DNA from: an uncultured Verrucomicrobiae bacterium
Lineage (GTDB): Bacteria > Verrucomicrobiota > Verrucomicrobiia > Chthoniobacterales > JAATET01
DNA length: 64,000 nucleotides
Direction: 5' to 3'
Assembly: GCA_963719495.1 (NCBI GenBank)
Contig: CAVRCI010000009.1
Span: 143,409-207,408, forward strand
Below, in pieces: positions 30,235 through 39,707 of the stretch; within the stretch, counting starts at the first letter, position 1; every line of letters begins with the position of its first letter. The notes under the pieces are model-generated. The model was not told the origin of the DNA. It did no database searches and was given only the letters and a program-made list of their open reading frames with translations. Position numbers and translations under genes: made by a program.

Positions 30235-31962
30235 ATGAAAGACCCCATCGTCGGCATCGACCTCGGCACCACGAACTCCGCCATCGCCTCGCTCCAGGAC
30301 GGCGTCCCCCGCGTTATCGACATCGACGGCGCCCCCTCCCTCCCCTCCTGCGTCGGCATCGATCCCACCGGCCAGCTCCTCGTCGGTCGCCCCGCTCGCA
30401 ATCAACTCGTCGCCGCCCCCGACTCCACCGTCACCTCCATCAAGCGCCTCATGGGCCGCGACACCACCGTCACGCTCGGCGACCGCACGTTCACGCCCGA
30501 GGAAATCTCCGCCCTCATCCTCCGCGAGCTCAAGCTCCGGGCCGAAGCCGCCCTCGGCCACCCCGTCACCCGCGCCGTCATCACCGTCCCCGCCTTCTTC
30601 GACGAGAATCAGCGCAAGGCCACGCAAAACGCCGGCACCCTCGCCGGCCTCGAAGTCGTCCGCATCATCAACGAACCCACCGCCGCCGCCCTCGCCTACG
30701 AAGCCGGTGAGCGCGGCGACGAACGCATCCTCGTCTACGACCTCGGCGGCGGCACCTTCGACGTCTCCGCCGTCGTCGTCGAAGGCGGCGTCGTCGAGGT
30801 CAAAGCCAGCCACGGCGACACGCAGCTCGGCGGCGACGACTTCGACGCCCTCCTCGTCGGCCACGTCGCCGCGCGCTTCGAGGCGGAGCACGGCATCGAT
30901 CTCACCGCCGATCCCGCCACCGCCCGCCGCCTCCAGGTCGCCCTCGAGCGCGCCAAATGCCGACTCTCCGACGAACCCTTCACCACCGTCCGCGAAGAAT
31001 TCGTCCACGGCGACCTCCACCTCGAACTCGAAATCGACCGCACCACCTACGAAGAACTCATCACCCCGCTCTTGGAAAAAACCCTCGCCTGCGTCCAGCG
31101 CGCGCTCGAAGACGCCGCGATCCCCGCGTCCAAACTCGACAAAGTCATGCTCGTCGGCGGCTCCACCCGCACGCCCCTCGTCCACCAGATCCTCCGCCAG
31201 CGCCTCCGCATCGAACCCCGCCACGAGATCGACCCCGACCTCATCGTCGCCCTCGGAGCCGCCATTCAGGGCGGAGCCAGTGCCGGAGAAAAATCCCGCG
31301 CCATCCTCGTCGACATCACGCCCCACAGTTTCGGCACCGACGCCGTGGACACCGGCGGCTGGTCCGCCGACACCTACTACGTCCCCGTCATCCACCGCAA
31401 CACCCCCCTGCCCGCCAGCAAGTCCGAGGTCTTCAACACCATCCACGACAACCAGGACACCGTCCGCGTCAAAGCCTTCCAAGGCGAAAGCGACGTCCCC
31501 GACAACAACCTATTTCTCGGCGAATTCCTCATCGAAGGCCTCAGTCCCGTCCCGCGAGGGAATCCCATCGTCACGCAATTCGACCTCGACCTCGACGGCC
31601 TGCTCCGCGTCACCGCCACCGAGAAAGCCACCGGCCTGCGCGCCAGCGTCACGCTCGACACCCGCGGCACCTGCGACACCCTCGACCTCGACGCCGCCGC
31701 CGCCAACCTCCGCGCCACCACCGGCGACGCCCCACCCGCCCCCGCCGACGCCACCACCCTCGACCCCACCCTCCTTGCCACCACCCGCGATCTCGAGAAA
31801 CGCGCCCGCGCCCTCCTCGCCAGCGGCATCGACCCCGAAGACGCCACCGAGATCGGCCTGCTCCTCGACCAATGCGCCACCGCCGAGCGGGACGCCGACG
31901 CCCCCACGCTGATCGAAAAATCCGAAATCCTCGCCGACCTCGTCTATTACCTTGAAGACTGA
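30235..31962 (+). CDS. Hsp70-family chaperone (specialised DnaK paralogue, shortened C-terminus)
   Basis: GIDLGTTNS, TVPAFF, INEPTAAALAY, YDLGGGTFDVS, LVGGSTR; linker AILVDITPHS; 575 aa. Confidence 0.93.
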   Translation: MKDPIVGIDLGTTNSAIASLQDGVPRVIDIDGAPSLPSCVGIDPTGQLLVGRPARNQLVAAPDSTVTSIKRLMGRDTTVTLGDRTFTPEEISALILRELKLRAEAALGHPVTRAVITVPAFFDENQRKATQNAGTLAGLEVVRIINEPTAAALAYEAGERGDERILVYDLGGGTFDVSAVVVEGGVVEVKASHGDTQLGGDDFDALLVGHVAARFEAEHGIDLTADPATARRLQVALERAKCRLSDEPFTTVREEFVHGDLHLELEIDRTTYEELITPLLEKTLACVQRALEDAAIPASKLDKVMLVGGSTRTPLVHQILRQRLRIEPRHEIDPDLIVALGAAIQGGASAGEKSRAILVDITPHSFGTDAVDTGGWSADTYYVPVIHRNTPLPASKSEVFNTIHDNQDTVRVKAFQGESDVPDNNLFLGEFLIEGLSPVPRGNPIVTQFDLDLDGLLRVTATEKATGLRASVTLDTRGTCDTLDLDAAAANLRATTGDAPPAPADATTLDPTLLATTRDLEKRARALLASGIDPEDATEIGLLLDQCATAERDADAPTLIEKSEILADLVYYLED

Positions 31963-32446
31963 GCCACCCGGCCCGCCGGCCGCCCCGTCGGCGCTCACCT
32001 GCCCCGCCTGCGGCAAGTCGAACGCCCCCGCCGCCCCCGCCTGCCGACGCTGCGGCTGCGATTTCACACTCCTCAACCGCGCCACCACCGCCGCCACCGC
32101 GCACCTCCTCCGGGCAGAAAACCACCTCCGCGCCGGCCGCCCCCGCCCCGGCCTCGCCGCCGCCACGACCGCCTGGACGATCCGGCACACCCCCAAAGCC
32201 GCCCGCCTCGCCTTCGTCGCCAGCGTCCTCCTCCGCGAGCACCCCACCGCCCTCCGCTGGCACGCCCGAGCCACCAGCAACGAACCCGCCCAACCACCCA
32301 CCGGCCAATTCGCAAAACGCCCCACCCCGGGCCGGGCACCCCACCCCCACGGACGCCGAATCCTCGTCGCCGCCACCCTCACCGCCGCCGCCCTCGCCAC
32401 CCTCGCCCACTACCGCCGCCACGCAGCCGCGCTCGAGGATGCGTGA
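31952..32446 (+). CDS. Zinc-ribbon plus helical/TM protein
   Basis: CPACG...CRRCG, helical region, hydrophobic C-terminal segment; overlaps the Hsp70 stop. Confidence 0.65.
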   Translation: MKTEPPGPPAAPSALTCPACGKSNAPAAPACRRCGCDFTLLNRATTAATAHLLRAENHLRAGRPRPGLAAATTAWTIRHTPKAARLAFVASVLLREHPTALRWHARATSNEPAQPPTGQFAKRPTPGRAPHPHGRRILVAATLTAAALATLAHYRRHAAALEDA

Positions 32447-33027
32447 AATCGGCTCTGGAGCCACGCGGGTCTCCGGGCGTCCCGGTGCCAGCCGCCCCTC
32501 CCGATGGTGGGGAAGCCGCGCCGCCGGGTTCCCACTTCCGGTCACCCGTTGCGACCGAGCCTCGGCGGACGACCGATACTCCGCGAGCGACCGTCCCCAC
32601 AATAGAAATAGCGTTTTTCCAACCTGACCCACATGGCGCCGCTATAAGCGGATTGTCGGTCGCTCTCGTCCTGAAAAATCAGAGATCCTTCCTTGCATGC
32701 GGGATGACAGGTTTGGACGAAGACGTTGCTTCGCAACGATCATGGCCCGCCCCCCAAGCTGTCATTCCGTGGTAATCCGATGAGCCATCGACCGACTTTC
32801 ACTTCTTTGTGTTCATCAAAAGGCAATCTCTGACTTTTCCCACCCCGCGCGCCGCCGCCCTGCGAGGTTTCAGGTGCCAGCTGACCCCTTCGATCCGGTC
32901 ACAAATCCGGCTCCGGGTGGGTGAAAATGCGAACACTTAGCCGCCTTGTCTCGGGCGATTCCCGAGGCCTCCCGTTGAAACGGGCTAAGCCCCATTCCTC
33001 CCCGGGAACGATGGCCGGCTAGGACGC

Positions 33028-33921
33028 TCATCCCTTCGTTCCGTAAAAACACGGGCAGCAGCCAAATTCCTTCGCGAAGGCTTTGCTGAAGTGACTCAGG
33101 CTCGAGTAGCCGACCGCCATCGCCGCTTCCGTCACATTTCCTCTGCCGCCGCGCAGGAGTTCGGCGGCGCGTTCGAGCCGCGCTCCCCGGAGGAATTGCG
33201 AAATGGTCAGCCCGGTCTCGTCACGAAAGATCCGGCTGAGATGGAACGGGCTGCAACCAACCAGCTTGCCAAGTTCCGCGAGTGTCGGCGGGTGCTCGAG
33301 ATCGGCGGTCAGCAATCCACGCGTCCGGACGACGCGCGCGCTCGCGATCCGCTGCGTCCGTCGGCAGAAGAACTCCTCTTCCGGCTCGAAAAGACCGAGC
33401 GCCGCGACCTCGAGAATTTTTCCGTGGTGCCAGCAGGACCACGCACCCGGGATACCCGGAGGATCGAGGAGATCACGCGCCACACCGACGAGCGCTTCGG
33501 ACATCGCGGAGACGCACGCATCGTCTCCCCCCGGGCTTCCCGGCTCGAGAAACTCCAGCACCGGTCGCCGCACCGCCAGAGTGCCCGAGGGCAGCCACCG
33601 CGCAACCCAACTCTTCCGGAACTCGACCGCGACAAACTGGTGCCGCCCGTCTCCGTTTCGGTCGAGCATCGGATGGCCCGACCGCGCGAAGGCCAGGCTC
33701 ACGTGCCCGGGCTCGATCTTTGGTGCCTCCGACTCGATCCCGGTCGCCGCCCGCCCCGCCAGGTTCAAGCAGACCAGGAGGGACAGCTCGTCGAAGAGGT
33801 GGCGCCCTTCCCCTTGATCCGCCCGGTCCCACCGCGTGATCCGGAAACCGTCCGCGTCCAGATCACCGAAACCTCCCGCTCGATCACCAATCGCCTTCGT
33901 TGATTCGCTCCCGGCCACCAT
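33028..33921 (-). CDS. AraC-family regulator (PchR-like)
   Basis: PPTLAELGKLVGCSPFHLSRIF...NVTEAAMAVGYSSLSHFSKAF; start placed after SD AAGGGAG. Confidence 0.9.
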   Translation of the reverse strand: MVAGSESTKAIGDRAGGFGDLDADGFRITRWDRADQGEGRHLFDELSLLVCLNLAGRAATGIESEAPKIEPGHVSLAFARSGHPMLDRNGDGRHQFVAVEFRKSWVARWLPSGTLAVRRPVLEFLEPGSPGGDDACVSAMSEALVGVARDLLDPPGIPGAWSCWHHGKILEVAALGLFEPEEEFFCRRTQRIASARVVRTRGLLTADLEHPPTLAELGKLVGCSPFHLSRIFRDETGLTISQFLRGARLERAAELLRGGRGNVTEAAMAVGYSSLSHFSKAFAKEFGCCPCFYGTKG

Positions 33922-33935
33922 CACTCCCTTAATAT

Positions 33936-33954
33936 GCGATTGAGTCTCATTTGC
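33936..33954 (-). promoter_or_regulatory. Fur-box-like site upstream of the AraC gene
   Basis: GCAAATGAGACTCAATCGC, 12/19 match to GATAATGATAATCATTATC, in a heme-uptake locus. Confidence 0.6.
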
Positions 33955-33956
33955 AA

Positions 33957-34742
33957 TCACTTAGCGGTGGTCGGCGTGGATTGGACCTCGAAAAAGTTCG
34001 AATCGCCGCCGACGCGGGCGACGGGAATCCCGTAGGCCGCGCTCAACCATTCGCCGACGAGCACCGCGCCCGCGTCCCCGCTGGCCAGCACCCGGCCCCA
34101 CGACATGAGGCAGACCTTCGTCGCGTAGGTCGCGCAGAGGTGCAGATCGTGCAGCACGACGACGACGCACCCGCCGTCGCGCGCGAAATCCCGCGCGAGT
34201 CGGAGCACGGAGTGCTGGTGCTTCAGATCCAAGCTCGAAGTCGGTTCGTCGAGCAACAGGTAGCGGCCCTCGGTCTCCCCATCGAGCTGCGTGAGCGCGC
34301 GGGCGACGTGGACGCGCTGACGCTCCCCGCCGGACAGCGTCAGGTAATCCCGGTCCGCAAATCCAACCAATCCCACGGATTCCAAAGCCCGGATCGCCGC
34401 CCGCGCGTCGGCGCTCGTCTCGCGCCCCGTCCACCGCGGAGCGCGGCCCTGCAGGACGACGTCGATGACCGCGAACGGAAAGTTCAGCGCGCTCGATTGC
34501 GTGACCACAGCCCGCCGCCGGGCGAGGTCCCGCCCGTCCCAATCCGGCAGCGGCCGCCCGCCGACCTCGACCGATCCCGAGTCCGGCGCGATCTCGCCCG
34601 CCAGCACCCGCAGCAAGGTTGATTTACCCGCCCCGTTTGCGCCGAGGATGGCGGTCACCTCGCCCGGTCGCGCGCGGAAGTCGACGTCGCCAAGGATCAG
34701 TCGTCCTTTCCGCTCCAAATTCAAACCACGCGCCCGGATCAT
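33957..34742 (-). CDS. hmuV: Heme ABC transporter ATPase
   Basis: GANGAGKST, LSGGERQRVHVARALTQL, LLDEPTSSLD. Confidence 0.92.
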   Translation of the reverse strand: MIRARGLNLERKGRLILGDVDFRARPGEVTAILGANGAGKSTLLRVLAGEIAPDSGSVEVGGRPLPDWDGRDLARRRAVVTQSSALNFPFAVIDVVLQGRAPRWTGRETSADARAAIRALESVGLVGFADRDYLTLSGGERQRVHVARALTQLDGETEGRYLLLDEPTSSLDLKHQHSVLRLARDFARDGGCVVVVLHDLHLCATYATKVCLMSWGRVLASGDAGAVLVGEWLSAAYGIPVARVGGDSNFFEVQSTPTTAK

Positions 34743-34755
34743 CTTCCGACCAATC

Positions 34756-34844
34756 TGTAGCGGCGGTCTGTGACCGCCGGTGCCTTCGCGATCAAGGCGC
34801 GCCCCATTTTCGTGGAAATCCGGCGGTCACAGACCGCCGCTACA
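34756..34844. repeat. REPIN-like inverted REP pair (GTAG type)
   Basis: tgtagcggcggtctgtgaccgccgg ... ccggcggtcacagaccgccgctaca. Confidence 0.85.
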
Positions 34845-34863
34845 TTGGGTTGGGTGCGACCGT

Positions 34864-35964
34864 TCACGACTGCCAGGCTCCCTTGTTGCGCAGGAGCAGC
34901 CAGAGGAAAAACGGCGCGCCGATGATCGCCGTCAGGATGCCGATGGGGAGTTCCGCCGGGGCCGCGACCGTTCGCGCCACGATGTCGGCTCCGACGAGCA
35001 GACTCGCGCCGAGCAACGCCGCGCCCGGCAGCAGAAACCGGTGATCCGGGCCCGCGACCAACCGGACGACGTGCGGCACGACCAACCCGACGAACCCGAT
35101 CGCCCCCGACATCGCCACCGCCGCCCCGACCCCGACCGCGGTCAGCACGATCACCGCCCACTTGGCCCGCTTCACGTCGAAGCCGACGTGACGGGCTTCC
35201 GCCTCGCCGAGCAGCAGCGCGTTGAGCGCCCGCGACCAGATCGGCAGCAGCCCGAGCGTGAGCGCCACGCACGGCAGCGCGAGTCCAACCTTCCCCCAAG
35301 TCGCACCGCCGAGGCTACCAAGACTCCAGAAGGTCACGTCGCGCAACTGATCGTCGGTCGCGAGAAAAACGAGAAAACCCGTGAGCGCCATCGCCAAAGC
35401 CGCAACCGCCACGCCCGCCAACAACATCGTTGCCACGATCACCCGGCCATCGTGCATCGAGAGCAGATAAATCGTCGTCATCGTAACCAGCGCCCCGACG
35501 AACGCCGCCAGCGGCAGCAGCAATGGTCCGAGGATCGCCGGCAAAAGAGCGCGCACCGGATCGCCGAGTACGATCACCGCGACCGCCGCCAAGGCCGCGC
35601 CCGCCGAGACGCCGATGATCCCCGGATCGGCCAAAGGATTGCGGAAAAGTCCCTGCATCGCCGCGCCCGACATCCCAAGCACCGCACCGATCAAGGCCCC
35701 CAGCAAGATACGCGGCAGCCGAATCTGCTCCACCACCGCGCGCACCGTCGGCGAGATCTCCGTCGCGCCCGTCACCCGGCCGGCAACGACCTCGGCCAGA
35801 TCGCTCAGCGTCACCGCCATCGGACCCGTCACCAGAGCCGTCGCGATCACGGCGACGAGCAGGCCGACGAGCGCGCCCCATTGCCAGGTCCGCCGCCGGG
35901 TGCGCCGCCGCCAATTCTCGAAAGCCCGATCGGCGGCGTCGACCTCGAGCGCTACCGTCGTCAC
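34864..35964 (-). CDS. hmuU: Heme ABC transporter permease (FecCD family)
   Basis: IRLPR, QGLFRNPLADP, LLLGEAEA, IGFVGLVVPH, ELPIG. Confidence 0.92.
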   Translation of the reverse strand: MTTVALEVDAADRAFENWRRRTRRRTWQWGALVGLLVAVIATALVTGPMAVTLSDLAEVVAGRVTGATEISPTVRAVVEQIRLPRILLGALIGAVLGMSGAAMQGLFRNPLADPGIIGVSAGAALAAVAVIVLGDPVRALLPAILGPLLLPLAAFVGALVTMTTIYLLSMHDGRVIVATMLLAGVAVAALAMALTGFLVFLATDDQLRDVTFWSLGSLGGATWGKVGLALPCVALTLGLLPIWSRALNALLLGEAEARHVGFDVKRAKWAVIVLTAVGVGAAVAMSGAIGFVGLVVPHVVRLVAGPDHRFLLPGAALLGASLLVGADIVARTVAAPAELPIGILTAIIGAPFFLWLLLRNKGAWQS

Positions 35965-36782
35965 TTCCGAGCCGCCTGCGCCAATTCCAAGGCGGCTTGG
36001 GCCGCGCGCGGTCCCATTCCCAGCAGATACAGATCGTCCATGACGACCACGTTGCCGTCCACGACCGCCGGCGTGCCCGCGAGCGCCGGCAGGGCTTTCA
36101 ATTTCTCGAGCCCTCCCAGACCGCCGACCGTGCGCTCGCCGGTGACGACCACGCGAGGCCCGAGCGCGAGGAGCGATTCCGGCGAGACGGGTTTGTAGCC
36201 CTCGTAACTCGAGATGACATTTTCCAAGCCCGCCGCCTCCAGCATCACGTCGGCCGCCGTGTCGGTCCCAGCGGCGAGCAGGACTCCGTCGCCGCGGCCC
36301 ATGAGATAGACCGCCTTCAGATTCTCGCCGCCCTTGGTGACGGATCGAGTCCGCTCGACTTCGAATTCGAAGTTTTTCGCCAATTCAGCACCGGCTTCGG
36401 CCAAACCAAGAGCGCCCGCGACGCCGCGGATTTTCTCGGTGATTCCGGCAAGACTCGACTCGTCTGGAGCGACGTAAATTTCCACCCCGGTCGCGCGCAG
36501 TTGCTCCATCACGTTCGGAGGCCCCGCGGCATCCGACGCCAGGATGAGATCCGGCTCGAGCGCCAGCACGCCCTCCGCCGAGAGCGCCCGCACGTAGCCG
36601 ACGTTCGGCAGCTCGCCCGCCGCTTCCGGATACGAGCTCGTCGAGTCCACCGCAACCAGCTTCCCGCCCTCTCCAAGAGCATAGACGATCTCGGTGATTT
36701 CTCCGCCGAGGCTCACGATCCGCTCGGCGGCCTGCGCCGAAGCAGCGCCGACGATCAAAGTTGCCAGAACAATGGTTCTCAC
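35961..36782 (-). CDS. hmuT: Heme ABC transporter periplasmic binding protein
   Basis: RIVSLGGEITEIVYALG, VGYVRALSAEGVL (Tyr heme ligand region); GTG start at 36782 overlapping the hmuS stop. Confidence 0.9.
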   Translation of the reverse strand: MRTIVLATLIVGAASAQAAERIVSLGGEITEIVYALGEGGKLVAVDSTSSYPEAAGELPNVGYVRALSAEGVLALEPDLILASDAAGPPNVMEQLRATGVEIYVAPDESSLAGITEKIRGVAGALGLAEAGAELAKNFEFEVERTRSVTKGGENLKAVYLMGRGDGVLLAAGTDTAADVMLEAAGLENVISSYEGYKPVSPESLLALGPRVVVTGERTVGGLGGLEKLKALPALAGTPAVVDGNVVVMDDLYLLGMGPRAAQAALELAQAARK

Positions 36783-37822
36783 GAGAGACCCTCCGCGAGT
36801 TCGCGCCAGCCACCGTCCTCGACCTCGCCCGGCTTCCGTTTGCCAAAGATCAGCGCGATATTCCCGCCGTCGGCATCGTAAAGCTCCACCGCCGTCACGA
36901 CGCCGTCGCGCGTCGGCTTCCGCACGCGCCACGCCGAGGCCACTCCGGAATCCCGGAGGTGGAGATTGAACTCCGGATCCAGCACGTTGGTCCAATCCTT
37001 GAAGGGCTGGATGTTCGACACCGTCCCGGTGTGAATCTGGAGACAGCCCCGGTTGCCGACGAAGACCATGATTGGAAGCTCGCTTGCCGCCGCGGCGCGC
37101 AGGATCGTGCCGGTCACGTCCGTCGGGAGCGGCTCGGCAAATTCCTCGCCCACGAGGCGCAACGCCTGCACCCGACCGACACTGAATTTTTTCAGTAAGC
37201 TGAAAAATTCGTGCGTGTCCTGCAATCCGCGCCAAGCCTCGCGCAACCCTTCGAGGTCGATCTCGCCGTCCGGCCGGTCGACCTCCGCTTCCGGCGACGG
37301 CTCGGCGTCGAACGTCGGCGACTGGTCATCGGCCTTGCGATCGGCGATCAACGCGTCGAACGCCGCGCGGTCGCTGTCATCCTCGAGGAAGACCTTGTGC
37401 ATCGCGGAGCCATCCGAGCCGAAAATCTGAATGCTGTCGTTCGCACCGGTCGCGTCGTCTTTGCGGACCGCGAAGGCCGTCGTCCACTGACGCGGAAAGA
37501 GCCGCAGGTCGATGTCCGGACCCACAACCTGCCCCATCGCCCCACCGGCGAAGAAACCAATCTCGCGAAAATGCCCGTTGCGCTCGTGCACGGCGTGCTC
37601 GTTCCGCGTGAGACACATGACGTAACCAAGCGTTTTGCAGGCGTCGAGCAGCTCATCCCACTCGGGCTCGAGCCGCGTGACGTGTTCGCCGCATCCGGTC
37701 GCGAGGAGGGCGGCTTCGCTGGTGCCCAGGCGGGCGGCGACGTCGCGGATGCGGAGCCGGGGTTCGGCGGCACGGAGCGCCGACCATTTTTCGGAGAGTT
37801 CGTTTTCGATGGTTGGGTTCAT
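36779..37822 (-). CDS. hmuS: Heme-degrading/trafficking factor HemS/HmuS
   Basis: LTRNEHAVHE, DLRLF, HKVFL, MVFVGNRGCLQIHTG, FNLHL, VRKPT. Confidence 0.95.
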   Translation of the reverse strand: MNPTIENELSEKWSALRAAEPRLRIRDVAARLGTSEAALLATGCGEHVTRLEPEWDELLDACKTLGYVMCLTRNEHAVHERNGHFREIGFFAGGAMGQVVGPDIDLRLFPRQWTTAFAVRKDDATGANDSIQIFGSDGSAMHKVFLEDDSDRAAFDALIADRKADDQSPTFDAEPSPEAEVDRPDGEIDLEGLREAWRGLQDTHEFFSLLKKFSVGRVQALRLVGEEFAEPLPTDVTGTILRAAAASELPIMVFVGNRGCLQIHTGTVSNIQPFKDWTNVLDPEFNLHLRDSGVASAWRVRKPTRDGVVTAVELYDADGGNIALIFGKRKPGEVEDGGWRELAEGLS

Positions 37823-37827
37823 GAGAT

Positions 37828-38637
37828 CTATTGAGCGGTGATGGTGAAGTTTGGGTTGTCCGCGTCGGCGGCCTGGATCGACCAGCGGCGCATGTCCTGG
37901 AGCTGATCTTCGTCGAGGAGTTCGGTGTGACCGTCGAGCATCACGGTGACGGCGCGCTTTCCGTAGCGAAGGTCGATGAACCCGAACGCGGCGGCGGATT
38001 GCTCCTCCTCCCAGGTATTCGCCCAGCGGCGGCTGCTGAAAAACGGCGACTGGACCCGGTAATTCCCGATCTTCCCCGGCTCGCTCCGGGCCGAGGCGAA
38101 GACGATCAGCTTGGACGGATTGGAGACCTGCACCATCCGGGTCGCGCAGAAATTACCGACAACATCGAGAGCCCTCGGGATCGGCTTGAGGTCGCTGCCG
38201 TTGCCGAAGTCTCCGCCGACGAACGTGACGTTCATCCCGAGATTCGGCGAGATGCTGGCCGCGTAGTAGGAGTCGGTCGTTTCGCTCCGCACGTCGTTTC
38301 CGGTCAGGATGAGCGCGCTCTCGTCGTATTCCACGTAGGGAGCGAGGCGCCACGGGTAGCGGGCACTGGCCGGCCAGTGAATGAGATTGCCCGCGGCATC
38401 CCGCGCGTCGGTGCCCGCGGGTGCGTAGCCTGCCATGAGGTGGCCGTCGTTCTCAGCCGCGTGGAGTTGATACCCAACGATCAGTTTGCGCCCCGCGGAA
38501 ATCTCCTGCGCCTTGAGCCCTTCGTTCTGCAGCCGCCCGACGACCGGCACGGTCACCACGGCCAGCACGGCGAGGATCGCGGTCACAGCAAGGACCTCGA
38601 TCAGCGTGAAGGCTCGGTCTCGATCAAATCCGCGCAC
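37828..38637 (-). CDS. Prepilin-type N-terminal cleavage/methylation protein with a C-terminal DGH motif (H-X9-DG-like)
   Basis: RAFTLIEVLAVTAILAVL; LRYGKRAVTVMLDGH. Confidence 0.85.
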   Translation of the reverse strand: MRGFDRDRAFTLIEVLAVTAILAVLAVVTVPVVGRLQNEGLKAQEISAGRKLIVGYQLHAAENDGHLMAGYAPAGTDARDAAGNLIHWPASARYPWRLAPYVEYDESALILTGNDVRSETTDSYYAASISPNLGMNVTFVGGDFGNGSDLKPIPRALDVVGNFCATRMVQVSNPSKLIVFASARSEPGKIGNYRVQSPFFSSRRWANTWEEEQSAAAFGFIDLRYGKRAVTVMLDGHTELLDEDQLQDMRRWSIQAADADNPNFTITAQ

Positions 38638-39544
38638 GTCGCCACCTCCCCAAGAGAAACAGCCCCGCCAGGCCAACCAGAGCGATCACCGAGGGCTCCG
38701 GCACGGCCGTGAGGTCGCCCGAAAGACGTCCCGCCAATCCGAGCGAGCGATCGTTCTGATGAAAGAAATCGTCCTTCGTGTAGAACGACGGAAATCCCGA
38801 CCCCGCCATCTGGCTCGTCGCCGAGATCCCGGTCACCATCAGGTCCAGCGAACCCGCGTTCAACGCGTCCTGGACGTAGGCCAGGATGAACGGATCGCTC
38901 AGCTCGAGATCGAACGTCATCACCGAGTCGATCGGCACCAAGCTCCCCGGCGTCACCATCGAGATCTGACCGATCGCCCAAGGGCTGACCTCGAACCCAT
39001 CGCGGACGTTGTTGGAAACATCCCCGAGCGTCCCGGCTCCGTCGAATCCGGCCGCGAACGCGTCCCGCGTCCGCTCGGCCCCCGTCCCCGAGCCGGTGGT
39101 GAACGGAGACGATTCGTTGAAGGTCGCCGCCGTCGTGCCATTTCGATACCCGGTGCCGAAGAGCTCGATCGGCCGACCCGAGTCGGCGTCCGTCATCGGA
39201 TCGAGGTAAGTCCCCAACGCGTCCCGCGTCGGGTCGTAGACGAATTGGTTGTCGACGTTCACCGTGATCGCCAGCCGCAGCGAAGAGACGCCGTAATTGG
39301 ACGCGCCCAACCCGGCGGCCGCGATGCCCGTGGTATCGAACCGCAGGAAATACTGCGCGTCCCGGTCGTCGAAGCCGGACTCGCCAGCGGCTCCGAAGAC
39401 CGACGCCCCGGAGCGAGTGCCGGGCGTTTGGTTGAACGGATACATCCACCGGTCGCCGGCGGGTTCGTCGATTTGAAAAGGCGCCGCCCACGCCGCGCCA
39501 CCGCAGAGGGTGAGGGTCAGGATCGCCGGAAGACGGAATTTCAT
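38624..39544 (-). CDS. PEP-CTERM surface protein
   Basis: Signal peptide; C-terminal VPEPS + TM + RWRRAR. Confidence 0.9.
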   Translation of the reverse strand: MKFRLPAILTLTLCGGAAWAAPFQIDEPAGDRWMYPFNQTPGTRSGASVFGAAGESGFDDRDAQYFLRFDTTGIAAAGLGASNYGVSSLRLAITVNVDNQFVYDPTRDALGTYLDPMTDADSGRPIELFGTGYRNGTTAATFNESSPFTTGSGTGAERTRDAFAAGFDGAGTLGDVSNNVRDGFEVSPWAIGQISMVTPGSLVPIDSVMTFDLELSDPFILAYVQDALNAGSLDLMVTGISATSQMAGSGFPSFYTKDDFFHQNDRSLGLAGRLSGDLTAVPEPSVIALVGLAGLFLLGRWRRARI

Positions 39545-39707
39545 GGCGGCGAAGGTAGCTGCCTCTCCGCCGCGCCGCTAACGGTGGCTTGCGAAGCTTT
39601 GACGCTTCCTTGCGGTCCGAGATCGACCCGCCAGCGCAAGGCGACGCTAACCTTCCGCAAGCGTCCGTTAGCGGGATTCCCGGGACTTCGGCAGACTCCG
39701 CCGCATC

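Noticed and set aside
32447..33027. About 580-bp lower-GC gap, considered as a gene relic or ncRNA
   Set aside because: No convincing ORF, motif or structure could be supported by eye
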